Below, piece after piece: positions 54,949 through 64,000 of a stretch of 64,000 nt of DNA (positions are counted from its first letter, which is position 1; the number at the start of each line of letters is the position of its first letter). The translations under genes and the position numbers were made by a program. Origin of the DNA: Roseovarius sp. GTDB taxonomy: Bacteria > Pseudomonadota > Alphaproteobacteria > Rhodobacterales > Rhodobacteraceae. Under the pieces are notes generated by a model that was given only the letters and a program-made list of their open reading frames with translations, did no database searches and was not told where the DNA came from. The DNA lies in contig JAJFIA010000009.1 in the NCBI GenBank assembly GCA_021775255.1, positions 68,772 to 132,771 of the forward strand, given 5' to 3'.

Positions 54949-55377
54949 TCACTCCCCCTGGCGAACCACAAAAACTGAAATCGGCGCGTGTGAAGCCAGC
55001 TTGCCACCATGCGACGCCACGATATATTCGGCCCATCCCGGCTGATGCGAGGCGATGACGACAAGATCAATCCCCAGATCAGAGATGATCTCGATCAGTT
55101 TGGCATCCACCTCGACACTGGGATCGGGTACGGGGACATTCAGCGTCTCGATCACCACCTCCTTCACCTGCGCTATCTCAGCGGCAAACTCGGCCAGAAG
55201 GCGGCTGTATTTTGCGGTTGAATGCGAAACCTTGGCCTGTAATCCGCCGCTCACTGAAACCAGTGTCAATTTGGCATCGTAAAGCCGCGCCAGATCAGCC
55301 GCTACATTCACCGCTTTGGTCAATCTCTGCCGCACCGACAGATCAACCGGCACCAGGATATGAGTGTACATGGGCAT
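54949..55377 (-). CDS. Universal stress protein
   Basis: YTHILVPVDL, DLVVIASH, HAPISVFVVR. Confidence 0.88.
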   Translation of the reverse strand: MPMYTHILVPVDLSVRQRLTKAVNVAADLARLYDAKLTLVSVSGGLQAKVSHSTAKYSRLLAEFAAEIAQVKEVVIETLNVPVPDPSVEVDAKLIEIISDLGIDLVVIASHQPGWAEYIVASHGGKLASHAPISVFVVRQGE

Positions 55378-55485
55378 TATCCCCCCAGACATATGTGATT
55401 TTTGATAACTCATGATGGTCTCATCCCGCCTTGTCATAGGTCAATCCGGCTTGACGGGTCCACGCCGGGCGATTATCGCAGAACC

Positions 55486-55827
55486 ATGCCCAACCCGCTT
55501 GATCATGTCTTTGCTGCCCTCTCAGATCCGACCCGCCGCGCGATACTGACGATGCTGCTTGAGGATGACATGGCGGTGACAGACGTGGCCGAGCCGTTTG
55601 CAATCTCACTTGCGGCAATCTCGAAACACCTGATGATCCTCAGCCGCGCCGGCCTGATCTCACAAGAGCGCCGCGGGCGGGTAAAATGGTGCAAACTCGA
55701 CCCCGACGCATTGAAGCAGGCCAGCGTCTGGATGCAGGGGTTTGGCCAGTTCGAGCCGGTCAATCTCGAGGCGTTTGAACGCTTCCTGAAAGCCGAGCTC
55801 TTGGACGATTCATCGAGCGAGGTATAG
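55486..55827 (+). CDS. ArsR/SmtB-family regulator
   Basis: FAALSDPTRRAIL, ISKHLMILSRAGLI, RRGRVKWC. Confidence 0.92.
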   Translation: MPNPLDHVFAALSDPTRRAILTMLLEDDMAVTDVAEPFAISLAAISKHLMILSRAGLISQERRGRVKWCKLDPDALKQASVWMQGFGQFEPVNLEAFERFLKAELLDDSSSEV

Positions 55828-56040
55828 GAATGCCCATAACGGGACAGGCAGGGACAGGCAGGCGTAAAAATCCAGTCACATAGTTTAAGCATCTCAAATT
55901 TTCCGAACCGGGCTGATTTACAAACGGGGATTCTAAGGGGATCAGGTCATTCGGTCGCGCCGGGCCGGAGCATTTCCTGACGATCTGTTGCGCAGATCGC
56001 GCTGTGGTCATATGATCTTACCAATCAAGGGGGCACATAT

Positions 56041-56808
56041 ATGCCATTTATCAAGGTTACACCTGAGAAGCTTTCCTCGGCTGTTACGCGGCAGATTGAA
56101 AAGCTGATCCTGCGGGGAATTTTGCGGCCCGGCGAGAGGCTGCCGGCCGAGCGCGAGCTGGCCGAACGGTTTGGCGTGTCAAGGCCGTCGCTGCGCGAGG
56201 CCATATCCGGGCTGCAGGATAAGGGCCTGCTGAAATCCCGCGCCGGGGCTGGGATTTTCGTGGCCGATGTCATGGGCAATGCGTTTTCGCCCGCACTGAT
56301 CAAGCTGTTTGCCGATCACAATGAAGCGGTGTTTGATTTCATCAGCTTTCGCCGCGATCTTGAGGGGCTGGCGGCTGAACGCGCGGCAAGGCTTGCTTCC
56401 GACACTGATCTCATGGTGATCCAGAGCATTTTTGACAAGATGGAGAGGGCGCATCAGAAGGCCAATTCCGCAGATGAGGCCCGGCTGGACGCGGAATTTC
56501 ATCTGTCAATCATCGAGGCCAGCCATAACGTGATCATGCTGCATATGATGCGCTCGATGTTTCAACTGCTGCGCGAGGGAGTGTTTTATAACCGCCAGGT
56601 GATGTTCAAACAGCACACTACCCGCGATCTGTTGCTGGATCAGCACCGGGCGATAAACGCGGGCCTGCAGGCGCGCGATCCGCTAGCGGCGCGCAAGGCG
56701 GTTTCAGCGCATCTGAGTTATGTGGAAAATTCACTTTCAGATCAGCAAAAGGCAGAGCGCAACGAAGATATTGCCCGGCAGCGCTTTGAACATGAAAAAA
56801 CACGGTAA
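56041..56808 (+). CDS. GntR/FadR (FCD) regulator, PdhR/LldR-like
   Basis: LPAERELAERFGVSRPSLREAI, DAEFHLSIIEASHN. Confidence 0.92.
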   Translation: MPFIKVTPEKLSSAVTRQIEKLILRGILRPGERLPAERELAERFGVSRPSLREAISGLQDKGLLKSRAGAGIFVADVMGNAFSPALIKLFADHNEAVFDFISFRRDLEGLAAERAARLASDTDLMVIQSIFDKMERAHQKANSADEARLDAEFHLSIIEASHNVIMLHMMRSMFQLLREGVFYNRQVMFKQHTTRDLLLDQHRAINAGLQARDPLAARKAVSAHLSYVENSLSDQQKAERNEDIARQRFEHEKTR

Positions 56809-56963
56809 AACGAATGGCCTCTCGGGATGAGCGGCCAGAAAACGTCTGGTATTTGTCGCAATATGAATTGCCTGGCGGATTTGGCTCTGTCAGACATGGG
56901 CCATGTAAGATAACGCGCCGACAACAAGATATTCCGACCGACAGACAGGAAATGGAAACCCTC

Positions 56964-57887
56964 ATGGCAATTGATGCATTCACCGCCCCCGGACGTTTTT
57001 ACCGGGGCAACCTGCATACCCATTCCAACCTCTCCGATGGGGTGCTTGATGCCGGGGAAGTATGCCGCCGGTATAAGGCGGAAGGCTATGATTTCATCAG
57101 CATGACCGAGCATTTCATCGGGCTGTTTGGCTATCCCATTGCCGATACAAAACCGTATCGCGACAATGAATTCACCACCATTCCCGGTGCCGAGCTGCAT
57201 TCCGGCGCGATGGAAAACGGCGAGCTATGGCACATTCTGGCGGTGGGCCTGCCCGAGGATTTCAACCCGCCCGAGGCGCCGCATTTCAATGTGGTTGACG
57301 GCATGGAAAGCGGCCCCGCCATTGCCCGGCGGGCGCGCGAGGCGGGGGCATTCGTGACGATCGCGCATCCGCAATGGTCGGGGATGACGCTGAATGACGC
57401 GCGCTCATTGGAGGCGGCACATGCGGTTGAGGTCTATAACCATGGCTGCGCGGTGGATGATGGCCGCCCCGAGGGGTTTCATACCGCCGAATTGCTGCTC
57501 TCGGAGGGCCGTGATGTCACGCTGATTGCCACCGATGACGCGCATTTTCGCTCGAATGATCATTTTGGGGGCTGGGTGATGGTCAAGGCCGAGGCCAACG
57601 ACCCTGATATGCTGGTTGAAGCCCTCAAGGCCGGGCATTTTTATGCCAGCCAGGGCCCCGAGCTGCATAATATCGAGATCGAGGGCAAGCGGCTTTATAT
57701 CACCTGTTCGGCGGTTGAATCGGCCTTTGTTCAGGGCCATGGATCAGGCGTTGTTCGCCAGCACGGGCAGGCGATGACCCGCATCGAGATGCCCCTGGCG
57801 CGGATGAACGAAAGCAGTTGGTTTCGGGTAACGATCCGCGACCGGGCAGGCAAATGCGCCTGGTCAAACCCGATCCGGTGGAAATGA
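56964..57887 (+). CDS. PHP-domain metallohydrolase
   Basis: GNLHTHS, SDG, MTEH, AHP, EVYN, ATDDAH. Confidence 0.85.
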   Translation: MAIDAFTAPGRFYRGNLHTHSNLSDGVLDAGEVCRRYKAEGYDFISMTEHFIGLFGYPIADTKPYRDNEFTTIPGAELHSGAMENGELWHILAVGLPEDFNPPEAPHFNVVDGMESGPAIARRAREAGAFVTIAHPQWSGMTLNDARSLEAAHAVEVYNHGCAVDDGRPEGFHTAELLLSEGRDVTLIATDDAHFRSNDHFGGWVMVKAEANDPDMLVEALKAGHFYASQGPELHNIEIEGKRLYITCSAVESAFVQGHGSGVVRQHGQAMTRIEMPLARMNESSWFRVTIRDRAGKCAWSNPIRWK

Positions 57888-57953
57888 ATTTCATGTGATT
57901 TGTCCAGGCTATCTGCCGCAGCAGGGTTTAATGCCGTCAAAGCACGAGTGCGG

Positions 57954-58132
57954 GATGAAACCTTGGTTTCCTCGGTCAGCGTCGTATCAAGCGTATCCTC
58001 CCACGAGATATCCCCAAACGGGTGATAATTCCGCCGCTCGGCCCGCTCGCCCGCCTCGTTGGTGATGCCACTGACCGAGCCAAGCTGATCCACATGCAGG
58101 TAATCCGCGCGCGCGGTGCCGCCCTTCGCCAT
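57954..58132 (-). pseudogene. Rhs-repeat core fragment, frameshifted and truncated
   Basis: YLHVDQLGSV...RRNYHPFG; expected ETK-GFI reads GAA ACC AAG GT TTC ATC (1 nt missing), then similarity stops. Confidence 0.75.
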
Positions 58133-58151
58133 TATAGGTCAGTGATAATGC

Positions 58152-58547
58152 TTACCCATCGCTTCGTACAAATTTGACGTTAAAATCCGGCGGAATTTCT
58201 CCAACTAAATTGAGTCCTCCCCCTTCATAGCGAATGTGTAACACTCCATTTTCCTGCCACGATGGTTCTGCGACAACTTCAGGATCAAATTGGACATAAT
58301 GGTCTGGGAGGACTTCCAAGTCGTGCTTCTCCGATCCCCAAAACAAGTAGCTCGTGGTTGTGTAGTCCAAACCATTCGTCCGCACGCTTAGTACTACAAC
58401 ACATTTGGATGTCCCTTGGAGGCAATGAGTTTCGTATTGTGTAGCACCACCCAAAACATACCACACGATAGGGTTGGTAAAAACAAATACCCCCCCTACT
58501 GTTACCATTATAAACAGAGATGCAATTATCACTATCTTTTTTGTCAT
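58152..58547 (-). CDS. Hypothetical AT-rich membrane-anchored protein, putative immunity protein
   Basis: N-terminal TM helix; TGATG overlap with upstream remnant; followed by Rhs core fragment. Confidence 0.55.
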   Translation of the reverse strand: MTKKIVIIASLFIMVTVGGVFVFTNPIVWYVLGGATQYETHCLQGTSKCVVVLSVRTNGLDYTTTSYLFWGSEKHDLEVLPDHYVQFDPEVVAEPSWQENGVLHIRYEGGGLNLVGEIPPDFNVKFVRSDG

Positions 58548-58654
58548 CACGGTATCAACGCTTGATTTGGATTCGCCCTCAAAAAGCCTTTTGTGTACCC
58601 ATAAGCACTGCGAGTTCTTTGATAATCTATTTCACCCCAATTGGGAGCTGTGAG
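58547..58654 (-). pseudogene. 35-aa C-terminal remnant, putative toxin tail
   Basis: LTAPNWGEIDYQRTRSAYGYTKGFLRANPNQALIP-stop with no start; abuts the IS256 break. Confidence 0.4.
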
Positions 58655-58657
58655 CTA

Positions 58658-59240
58658 TGCCAGCGGTCATACTCATCCCACCAATCCGCCTTGAGACGTG
58701 ATATCGTGGTCGATGAAAGCCCTGCCGCATTCGGCCCGAGCAGCGCGGCAAGTGCTTCGTGAAAGTCGCCGGTGGAAATCCCTTTGAGGTACAGCCAGGG
58801 CAGCAGCTCTTCGATGGATTTGGCTTTGCGCAGGTAGGGCGGCAGGATCGTTGACGTGAAACGGACTTTCTCCGTCTCGTCGCCCCGGTCTCGCACACGC
58901 GGCACTTTGACCGGTACCGCGCCGATCCCTGTGATCACCTCGCGTTCCGGCAGGTGACCGTGGCGAACCAGTCGCGCGCGACCGTCCTCCGTTTTGTCAG
59001 ATGCATAGGCCTCCAGCAAAACTGCAAGTTCGGCTTCAACTGCTTGCTCAATCAGACGCTGCGCGCCGGAGCGAAGGAGGTCCGTCAGTGGATCAGTCGA
59101 AAATCCCTGTAGATCGGTCAGCAGGGTAATGGTATCTCTCGTCATGTGGCATATCCTTTTCTCAATGAGAACTGCGGCGCGTCAACAACGCCATGATATG
59201 CCGCCCCTCAGAGGCCATCACCAACTTTTAGCTATATCTC
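58658..59240 (-). mobile_element. Truncated IS256-family element (transposase start 59145, broken after about 160 aa, before the catalytic region)
   Basis: LIEQAVEAEL, RHGHLPEREVITGIG, LYLKGISTGDF; probable left end GAGATATAGCTAAAAGTTGG near 59240. Confidence 0.85.
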
Positions 59241-59414
59241 CCCGCAGCTCGACCATACGACTGTCTAGTAGTGCCAGAAAAAGTTCTCGCCGGTCTGACA
59301 CCCGGAATGCTGAAGAATTGCTATCCATTTTTCATGCTCTCCGCCAAATCACTCTGTATAGCAGACCGTACATCAAGCTCAGACCTTTGTGGAGGTGACC
59401 TGAGCTCCTAAAAC

Positions 59415-60241
59415 GGTTCTGTCGCAAAGTTTTTGCGGTTGGTTGGACTGGCTCGCGCGTGGTAGGTGCGGGCTTTTGAGTTTGAAAGTGAGCGCCCAAC
59501 CGTGACAATTGATTTCGAAGGGATCCATTTCCCGAAGAGCGTGATCCTTTATGCTGTGTTTTTCTATGTCCGCTACGGTGTCTCGTATCGGGATCTTGAG
59601 GAGATCATGGCCGAACGCGGCGTTGAAATCGATCATGCTACGCTGAACCGCTGGGTGGTGAAATTCTCGCCGCTGATCGCTGCAAGTGCGCAGGCCAGAA
59701 AGAAGCCGACAGCCGTCTCTTGGCAGATGGACGAGACATACATCAAGGTTCGCGGCAAGTGGACCTATCTGTATCGTGCTGTAGATCGGGACGGACAAAC
59801 CCTTGATTTTATGCTGTCAGAGCGCCGCGATACCGCTGCCGCGCGAAGGTTCTTCAAGCGTGCCGTTGGCACCAACGGTGTCCCAAACCGAATTGCCATC
59901 GACAAGAGCGGCGCCAATTTAGCTGGTCTGCAAAATCTAAACGTCATCCTCAAATTCACGGGAGTTGGTCGGATCATCGGTATCGTTCAATCCAAATATC
60001 TCAACAATATCGTCGATCAGGATCATCGCTTCATCAAGCGGATCACACGGCCAATGCTCGGCTTCAAAGCGTTCCATTCTGCGGCAGCAACGTTAGCTGG
60101 GATCGAAACCGCGCATATGATCCGCAAGGGCCAGCTAGCCCAAACAGGCATCCCGGCATTCAAGCAGTTCGCGGCCCTCGCAGCATAATTGTGTCCAGGG
60201 AAGACCGTTCTTCAGCCAGGCGAAATCTTTGCGACAGAACC
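59415..60241 (+). mobile_element. IS6-family element (transposase about 59502-60188)
   Basis: 15-bp perfect IRs GGTTCTGTCGCAAAG / CTTTGCGACAGAACC; WQMDETYIKVRGKW, YLYRAVD, IDKSGAN, NNIVDQDHRFIK. Confidence 0.95.
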
Positions 60242-60614
60242 ATTGTCTCTGCCAAGTTTCGTTGGCCTGGCAACTCTTGCCGGCGTGGTCGTGAATAACT
60301 CGATCTTGTTGGTCGAATTCATCAAGAGCCACCATGACAGCGGCGACGACCTGTTGGAGGCGGGGGTGCGCGCCGTACGGGATCGGTTTCGCCCAATCTT
60401 CCTGACGTCACTGACCACTATCGTAGGGCTTGGCCCACTTTTGTTTGAACAGTCAACACAAGCCCAGTTCTTGAGACCCATCGTTGCGAGCCTGGCCTTT
60501 GGATTGTCTGGTGCTACGTTTCTTGCCCTGTTTGTAACACCCGCCGCCTTCATGATCTTGTATGACCTGAGATTGGTTCGCCCCAATCAAGCTGCCCGTG
60601 ATAGTCCCAGTTGA
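60242..60614 (+). pseudogene. C-terminal fragment of an AcrB/RND permease cut by IS6
   Basis: LAGVVVNNSILLVEF, RFRPIFLTSLTTIVGLGPL, LFVTPA; begins at the IS6 right IR. Confidence 0.85.
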
Positions 60615-60914
60615 TATGTAGGCCTTGCGTGGCCGAACCACTTTCATGTTCGGCATGATCTGGTCCGTCACAATTGAGCATTCATTCAACAGACCCCTGG
60701 AATGTCGATGATCTTATCGTGCTTTCGCCATATGCGGACGCAGCCGTGCGCGGTGCGAAATTCATTTTGGAGATCGATTTGGTGCAGGAAGTTGGCAGCG
60801 CATGAGCCGATCTGTCACATATGGTTGAAATCCGGGGTAGGGCGAGCAATATATATTTGAATAATAGTCGGGCCTGCTAAAGGGACCAGCAATGAACCAG
60901 GGACGATTGTGCAG

Positions 60915-63779
60915 ATGAATACGGCAAGTCAATTCCTGCCAGTAATTGCGGCATTGCCGTTTCTGGGCGCGTTGTTGCCGGGTCTGATGATCCGAGCAGG
61001 GCGCAATGCCTGTGCAATTGCTGCAGCCACGCCGACGGTTCTGGCGCTGATTATGGTGCTGATAGCGGCACCAGAGGTGATGCGCGGCGAGGTTTTGCAG
61101 GCGCGGATCGAGTGGCTGCCTGCCTTGGGCCTCGACGTTAATTTCTTTCTTGACGGGCTGGGGTTGCTGTTTGCGGGCATGATCCTTGGCATCGGCCTGC
61201 TGATCATCCTTTATGCGCGGTTCTACCTGTCAGGCGACGATCCGATGGGGCAGTTCTATACTTATCTACTGCTGTTTCAGGGCGCGATGCTTGGGATTGT
61301 TCTTTCTGACAACATCCTTCTTTTGCTTATTTTCTGGGAACTGACCAGCCTTTCGTCCTTCCTGCTGATCGGCTTTTGGAAGCACCTTCCCGAGGGGCGG
61401 CAGGGCGCACGCATGGCGCTGGCGGTTACCGGGTCGGGCGGGTTGGCGATGATCGCGGGCATGCTGATCCTGGGCAATATCGTCGGCAGCTATGATCTGA
61501 CGGTGATTCTGCAGCATGGCGATCTGATCCGGCAATCTGATCAGTATTTGCCGGCGCTGCTGTTGATCCTGATTGGCGCTTTCACCAAATCGGCGCAATT
61601 TCCATTCCATTTCTGGCTGCCACACGCGATGGCTGCGCCGACGCCAGTGTCGGCCTATCTGCATTCGGCAACAATGGTTAAGGCCGGTGTGTTCCTTATG
61701 GCACGGATGTGGCCGGTGCTGGCGGGCACGGATGCGTGGTTCTACATCGTGACAACGACAGGCCTGATCACCATGGTTCTGGGCGCGCTGATCGCGCTGT
61801 TTAAGGATGATCTGAAGGCGCTTTTGGCTTATTCGACCGTCAGCCACCTCGGTCTGCTGACCACGCTGCTGGGGTTTGGCACCAAAGAAGCTGCCGTAGT
61901 GGCAGTGTTCCACATCATTAATCACGTGACCTTCAAGGCGGCCCTTTTCATGAGCGCAGGAATCGTCGATCACGAGACCCATACCCGCGACATCAAGCGG
62001 CTTGGCGGGCTGGCCGCGCTGATGCCGATCACAGCAGTGATTGCAACAATCACGGCACTATCGATGGCGGGCATTCCCTTGCTTAACGGATTTCTGTCAA
62101 AGGAAATGATGCTGGAAGAGGCGGCGCATACAGTCTGGTTCGGTAGTCATTGGGCGATGCCTGTGGCGGCGACACTGGGCGCGATGTTGTCGGTGGCCTA
62201 TTCGCTGCGCTTCATCGTGCATGTGTTTTTCGGGTCCAAGCGTGATGATTACCCCCATGCACCGCACGATCCCGGCTTTGGCCTTTGGGCAGCGCCGGGA
62301 TTGCTCGCGGTTACTGTCGTGCTGATCGGCGTCTTACCCAAACTGATGGTTGGTCCATTGGTCGCGGTCGCCGGAGGCGCAGTCGTTGGCGGGGAGCTAC
62401 CCTACTATTCGCTGAAACTTTGGCATGGCGTGAACGCTGCACTGTATATGTCGATTATCGCAATCGCAGGCGGTGCCTTTTTGCTTTGGCAACATGGCGC
62501 GTTGGACAGAATTTGGCGCACATTGCGCAAGCCCGAGGCCAAGGTGTTGTTTGATACTTTGGTGACGCGTAGCTGTGCAGGTGCGGGCAGGTTGATTGAA
62601 ACCACCCACAATAATGCCATCAGCAGGTATCTTGCAGTTTTTGCGATATCGACTGTCGCTTTGGGGTTTGCCGCGTGGTCTGGTGGTGGTCATATTTCGG
62701 GTGATCGGCCGCTATTAGAAGTGCCCGTGACTGTTGCAGTCGGCTGGGTGCTTTTGACTGTTGCGGCGCTTGCGGTCGTATTGATGCATCGGCAACGGTT
62801 TCTGTCTCTGGTGCTGATCGGGATAATAGGGCTGATGGTGTCGGGTGGTTTCGTGTACCTCTCGGCACCGGACCTTGCGCTGACTCAAATATCGGTCGAG
62901 ACGGTGACGATCATGCTGCTGCTGCTGGCTTTGCACTTTTTGCCCAAACAAACCCCGCGCGAAAGCAGCGTCGGCCTTCGGGTTCGCGATGGGAGTATTG
63001 CCGTCGCTTGCGGCATCGGCATTGCGGCGCTTACCTTCGCCTTTCTGACCCGTGACTTTAGCACGATCTCTCAATTTCATCTGGATAACGCAAAAACGGG
63101 TGGCGGCGGCACCAATGTCGTTAACGTTATTCTGGTGGATTTCCGAGGCTATGACACTTATGGCGAAATTATCGTGTTGGGCATTGCCGGGCTGATAATT
63201 TTCGCATTGATGGAGGCGCTGCTGAATGGCCCGGCTTCGCGCCGCCTGAAGAACTGGCCGCAAAACGAGCTGCGCAGTCATGATCGCCACCCGATGATGA
63301 TGGTCGTCGTGACCCGGATAATGATGCCGATTGCGGTGATTGTCGGGATCTATATTTTCCTGCGCGGTCACAACCAGCCTGGTGGCGGTTTCGTTGCAGG
63401 GCTCGTCATCGCCATCGCATTGTTGATGCAATACATGGCGTCAGGGTTTGCCTGGGCACAGGAGCGCCAGCGCACCGAATACCACAAACTGATTGGCATT
63501 GGCGTGCTGATTGCCGGGTTAACGGGCGCTGGTTCCTGGCTTGCCGGTCGGCCGTTTCTGACAAGTAGCTATGGCTATTTCACAATCCCACCGATTGAGG
63601 AATTTGAACTGGCGACGGCCATGCTGTTTGATCTGGGTGTTTTCCTGACGGTCCTGGGGGCGGTCATGCTGATGCTCTACAGCCTGTCGCGGATCGCCCG
63701 CGCGGCCGGTGAGACAGTAAACATAGAACCGATGGATTTCGACCCCTCTGAAACCGAACAAAAAGCGGGGCAAAACTGA
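60915..63779 (+). CDS. phaA: Monovalent cation/H+ antiporter subunit A/B fusion (PhaAB/MrpAB)
   Basis: FWELTSLSSF, FTKSAQFPFHFWLPHAMAAPTPVSAYLHSATMVKAG, DFRGYDTYGE, GHNQPGGGF. Confidence 0.95.
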   Translation: MNTASQFLPVIAALPFLGALLPGLMIRAGRNACAIAAATPTVLALIMVLIAAPEVMRGEVLQARIEWLPALGLDVNFFLDGLGLLFAGMILGIGLLIILYARFYLSGDDPMGQFYTYLLLFQGAMLGIVLSDNILLLLIFWELTSLSSFLLIGFWKHLPEGRQGARMALAVTGSGGLAMIAGMLILGNIVGSYDLTVILQHGDLIRQSDQYLPALLLILIGAFTKSAQFPFHFWLPHAMAAPTPVSAYLHSATMVKAGVFLMARMWPVLAGTDAWFYIVTTTGLITMVLGALIALFKDDLKALLAYSTVSHLGLLTTLLGFGTKEAAVVAVFHIINHVTFKAALFMSAGIVDHETHTRDIKRLGGLAALMPITAVIATITALSMAGIPLLNGFLSKEMMLEEAAHTVWFGSHWAMPVAATLGAMLSVAYSLRFIVHVFFGSKRDDYPHAPHDPGFGLWAAPGLLAVTVVLIGVLPKLMVGPLVAVAGGAVVGGELPYYSLKLWHGVNAALYMSIIAIAGGAFLLWQHGALDRIWRTLRKPEAKVLFDTLVTRSCAGAGRLIETTHNNAISRYLAVFAISTVALGFAAWSGGGHISGDRPLLEVPVTVAVGWVLLTVAALAVVLMHRQRFLSLVLIGIIGLMVSGGFVYLSAPDLALTQISVETVTIMLLLLALHFLPKQTPRESSVGLRVRDGSIAVACGIGIAALTFAFLTRDFSTISQFHLDNAKTGGGGTNVVNVILVDFRGYDTYGEIIVLGIAGLIIFALMEALLNGPASRRLKNWPQNELRSHDRHPMMMVVVTRIMMPIAVIVGIYIFLRGHNQPGGGFVAGLVIAIALLMQYMASGFAWAQERQRTEYHKLIGIGVLIAGLTGAGSWLAGRPFLTSSYGYFTIPPIEEFELATAMLFDLGVFLTVLGAVMLMLYSLSRIARAAGETVNIEPMDFDPSETEQKAGQN

Positions 63780-63780
63780 G

Positions 63781-64000
63781 ATGGAGCTATTGGTTGCAGC
63801 TACGGTTGGCGTCCTGACAGCCGCCGGGGTCTATCTGATTCTGCGGTTGCGGTCGTTTCCGGTGATACTGGGATTGGCGATGCTGTCTTATGCGGTGAAT
63901 GTGTTCCTGTTCGCGACCGGGCGGTTGGCGGTTGGGCTGCCGCCAATCCTTTCAAAATATGCCGAAGGCTATACTGATCCGCTGCCACAGGCGCTGGTGC
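63781..64000 (+). CDS. phaC: Cation/H+ antiporter subunit C, partial (not in ORF track)
   Basis: Manual translation MELLVAATVGVLTAAGVYLILRLRSFPVILGLAMLSYAVNVFLFATGR...YTDPLPQALV. Confidence 0.92.
   Translation, partial: MELLVAATVGVLTAAGVYLILRLRSFPVILGLAMLSYAVNVFLFATGRLAVGLPPILSKYAEGYTDPLPQALV

Noticed and set aside
59243-59414. AT-rich spacer between IS256 and IS6 as a gene remnant
   Set aside because: No frame gave a recognisable motif.

Overview
Chromosomal segment of a GC-rich alphaproteobacterium; gene content, operon layout and repeat types point to Rhodobacteraceae/Roseobacter group (inference). Mostly core and catabolic genes: the five-step histidine utilisation cluster (hutU partial, hutG, hutH, hutI, hutF, hutC), amn, HU, prs, the F1 (atpHAGDC) and F0 (atpIBEF'F) ATP synthase operons about 32 kb apart, a probable taurine-pyruvate aminotransferase, matB, ruvCAB, metR/metF, a solitary pheS, frmA, a yghU-type GST, a 2-methylserine-hydroxymethyltransferase-like SHMT paralogue, cuyA plus a racemase, valS, zntB, accD-folC and the start of a pha/mrp antiporter operon. 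About 57.9-60.6 kb is a decayed accessory patch: Rhs core fragment, putative immunity gene, putative toxin tail, truncated IS256, intact-looking IS6 and an AcrB-type fragment. I saw no rRNA, tRNA or CRISPR array. The most unusual signals are small and absent from the ORF track: (i) two intergenic loci 19 kb apart, each with a tiny ORF ending G-G-T-[M/L]-S-N-stop followed by related terminators; (ii) a REP-like palindrome doublet translated in frame inside valS, with a near-identical free copy at 11961; (iii) a TA-flanked, four-arm MITE-like element between metR and metF; (iv) several REP families. Product names come from motifs recognised by eye; no database search was run.
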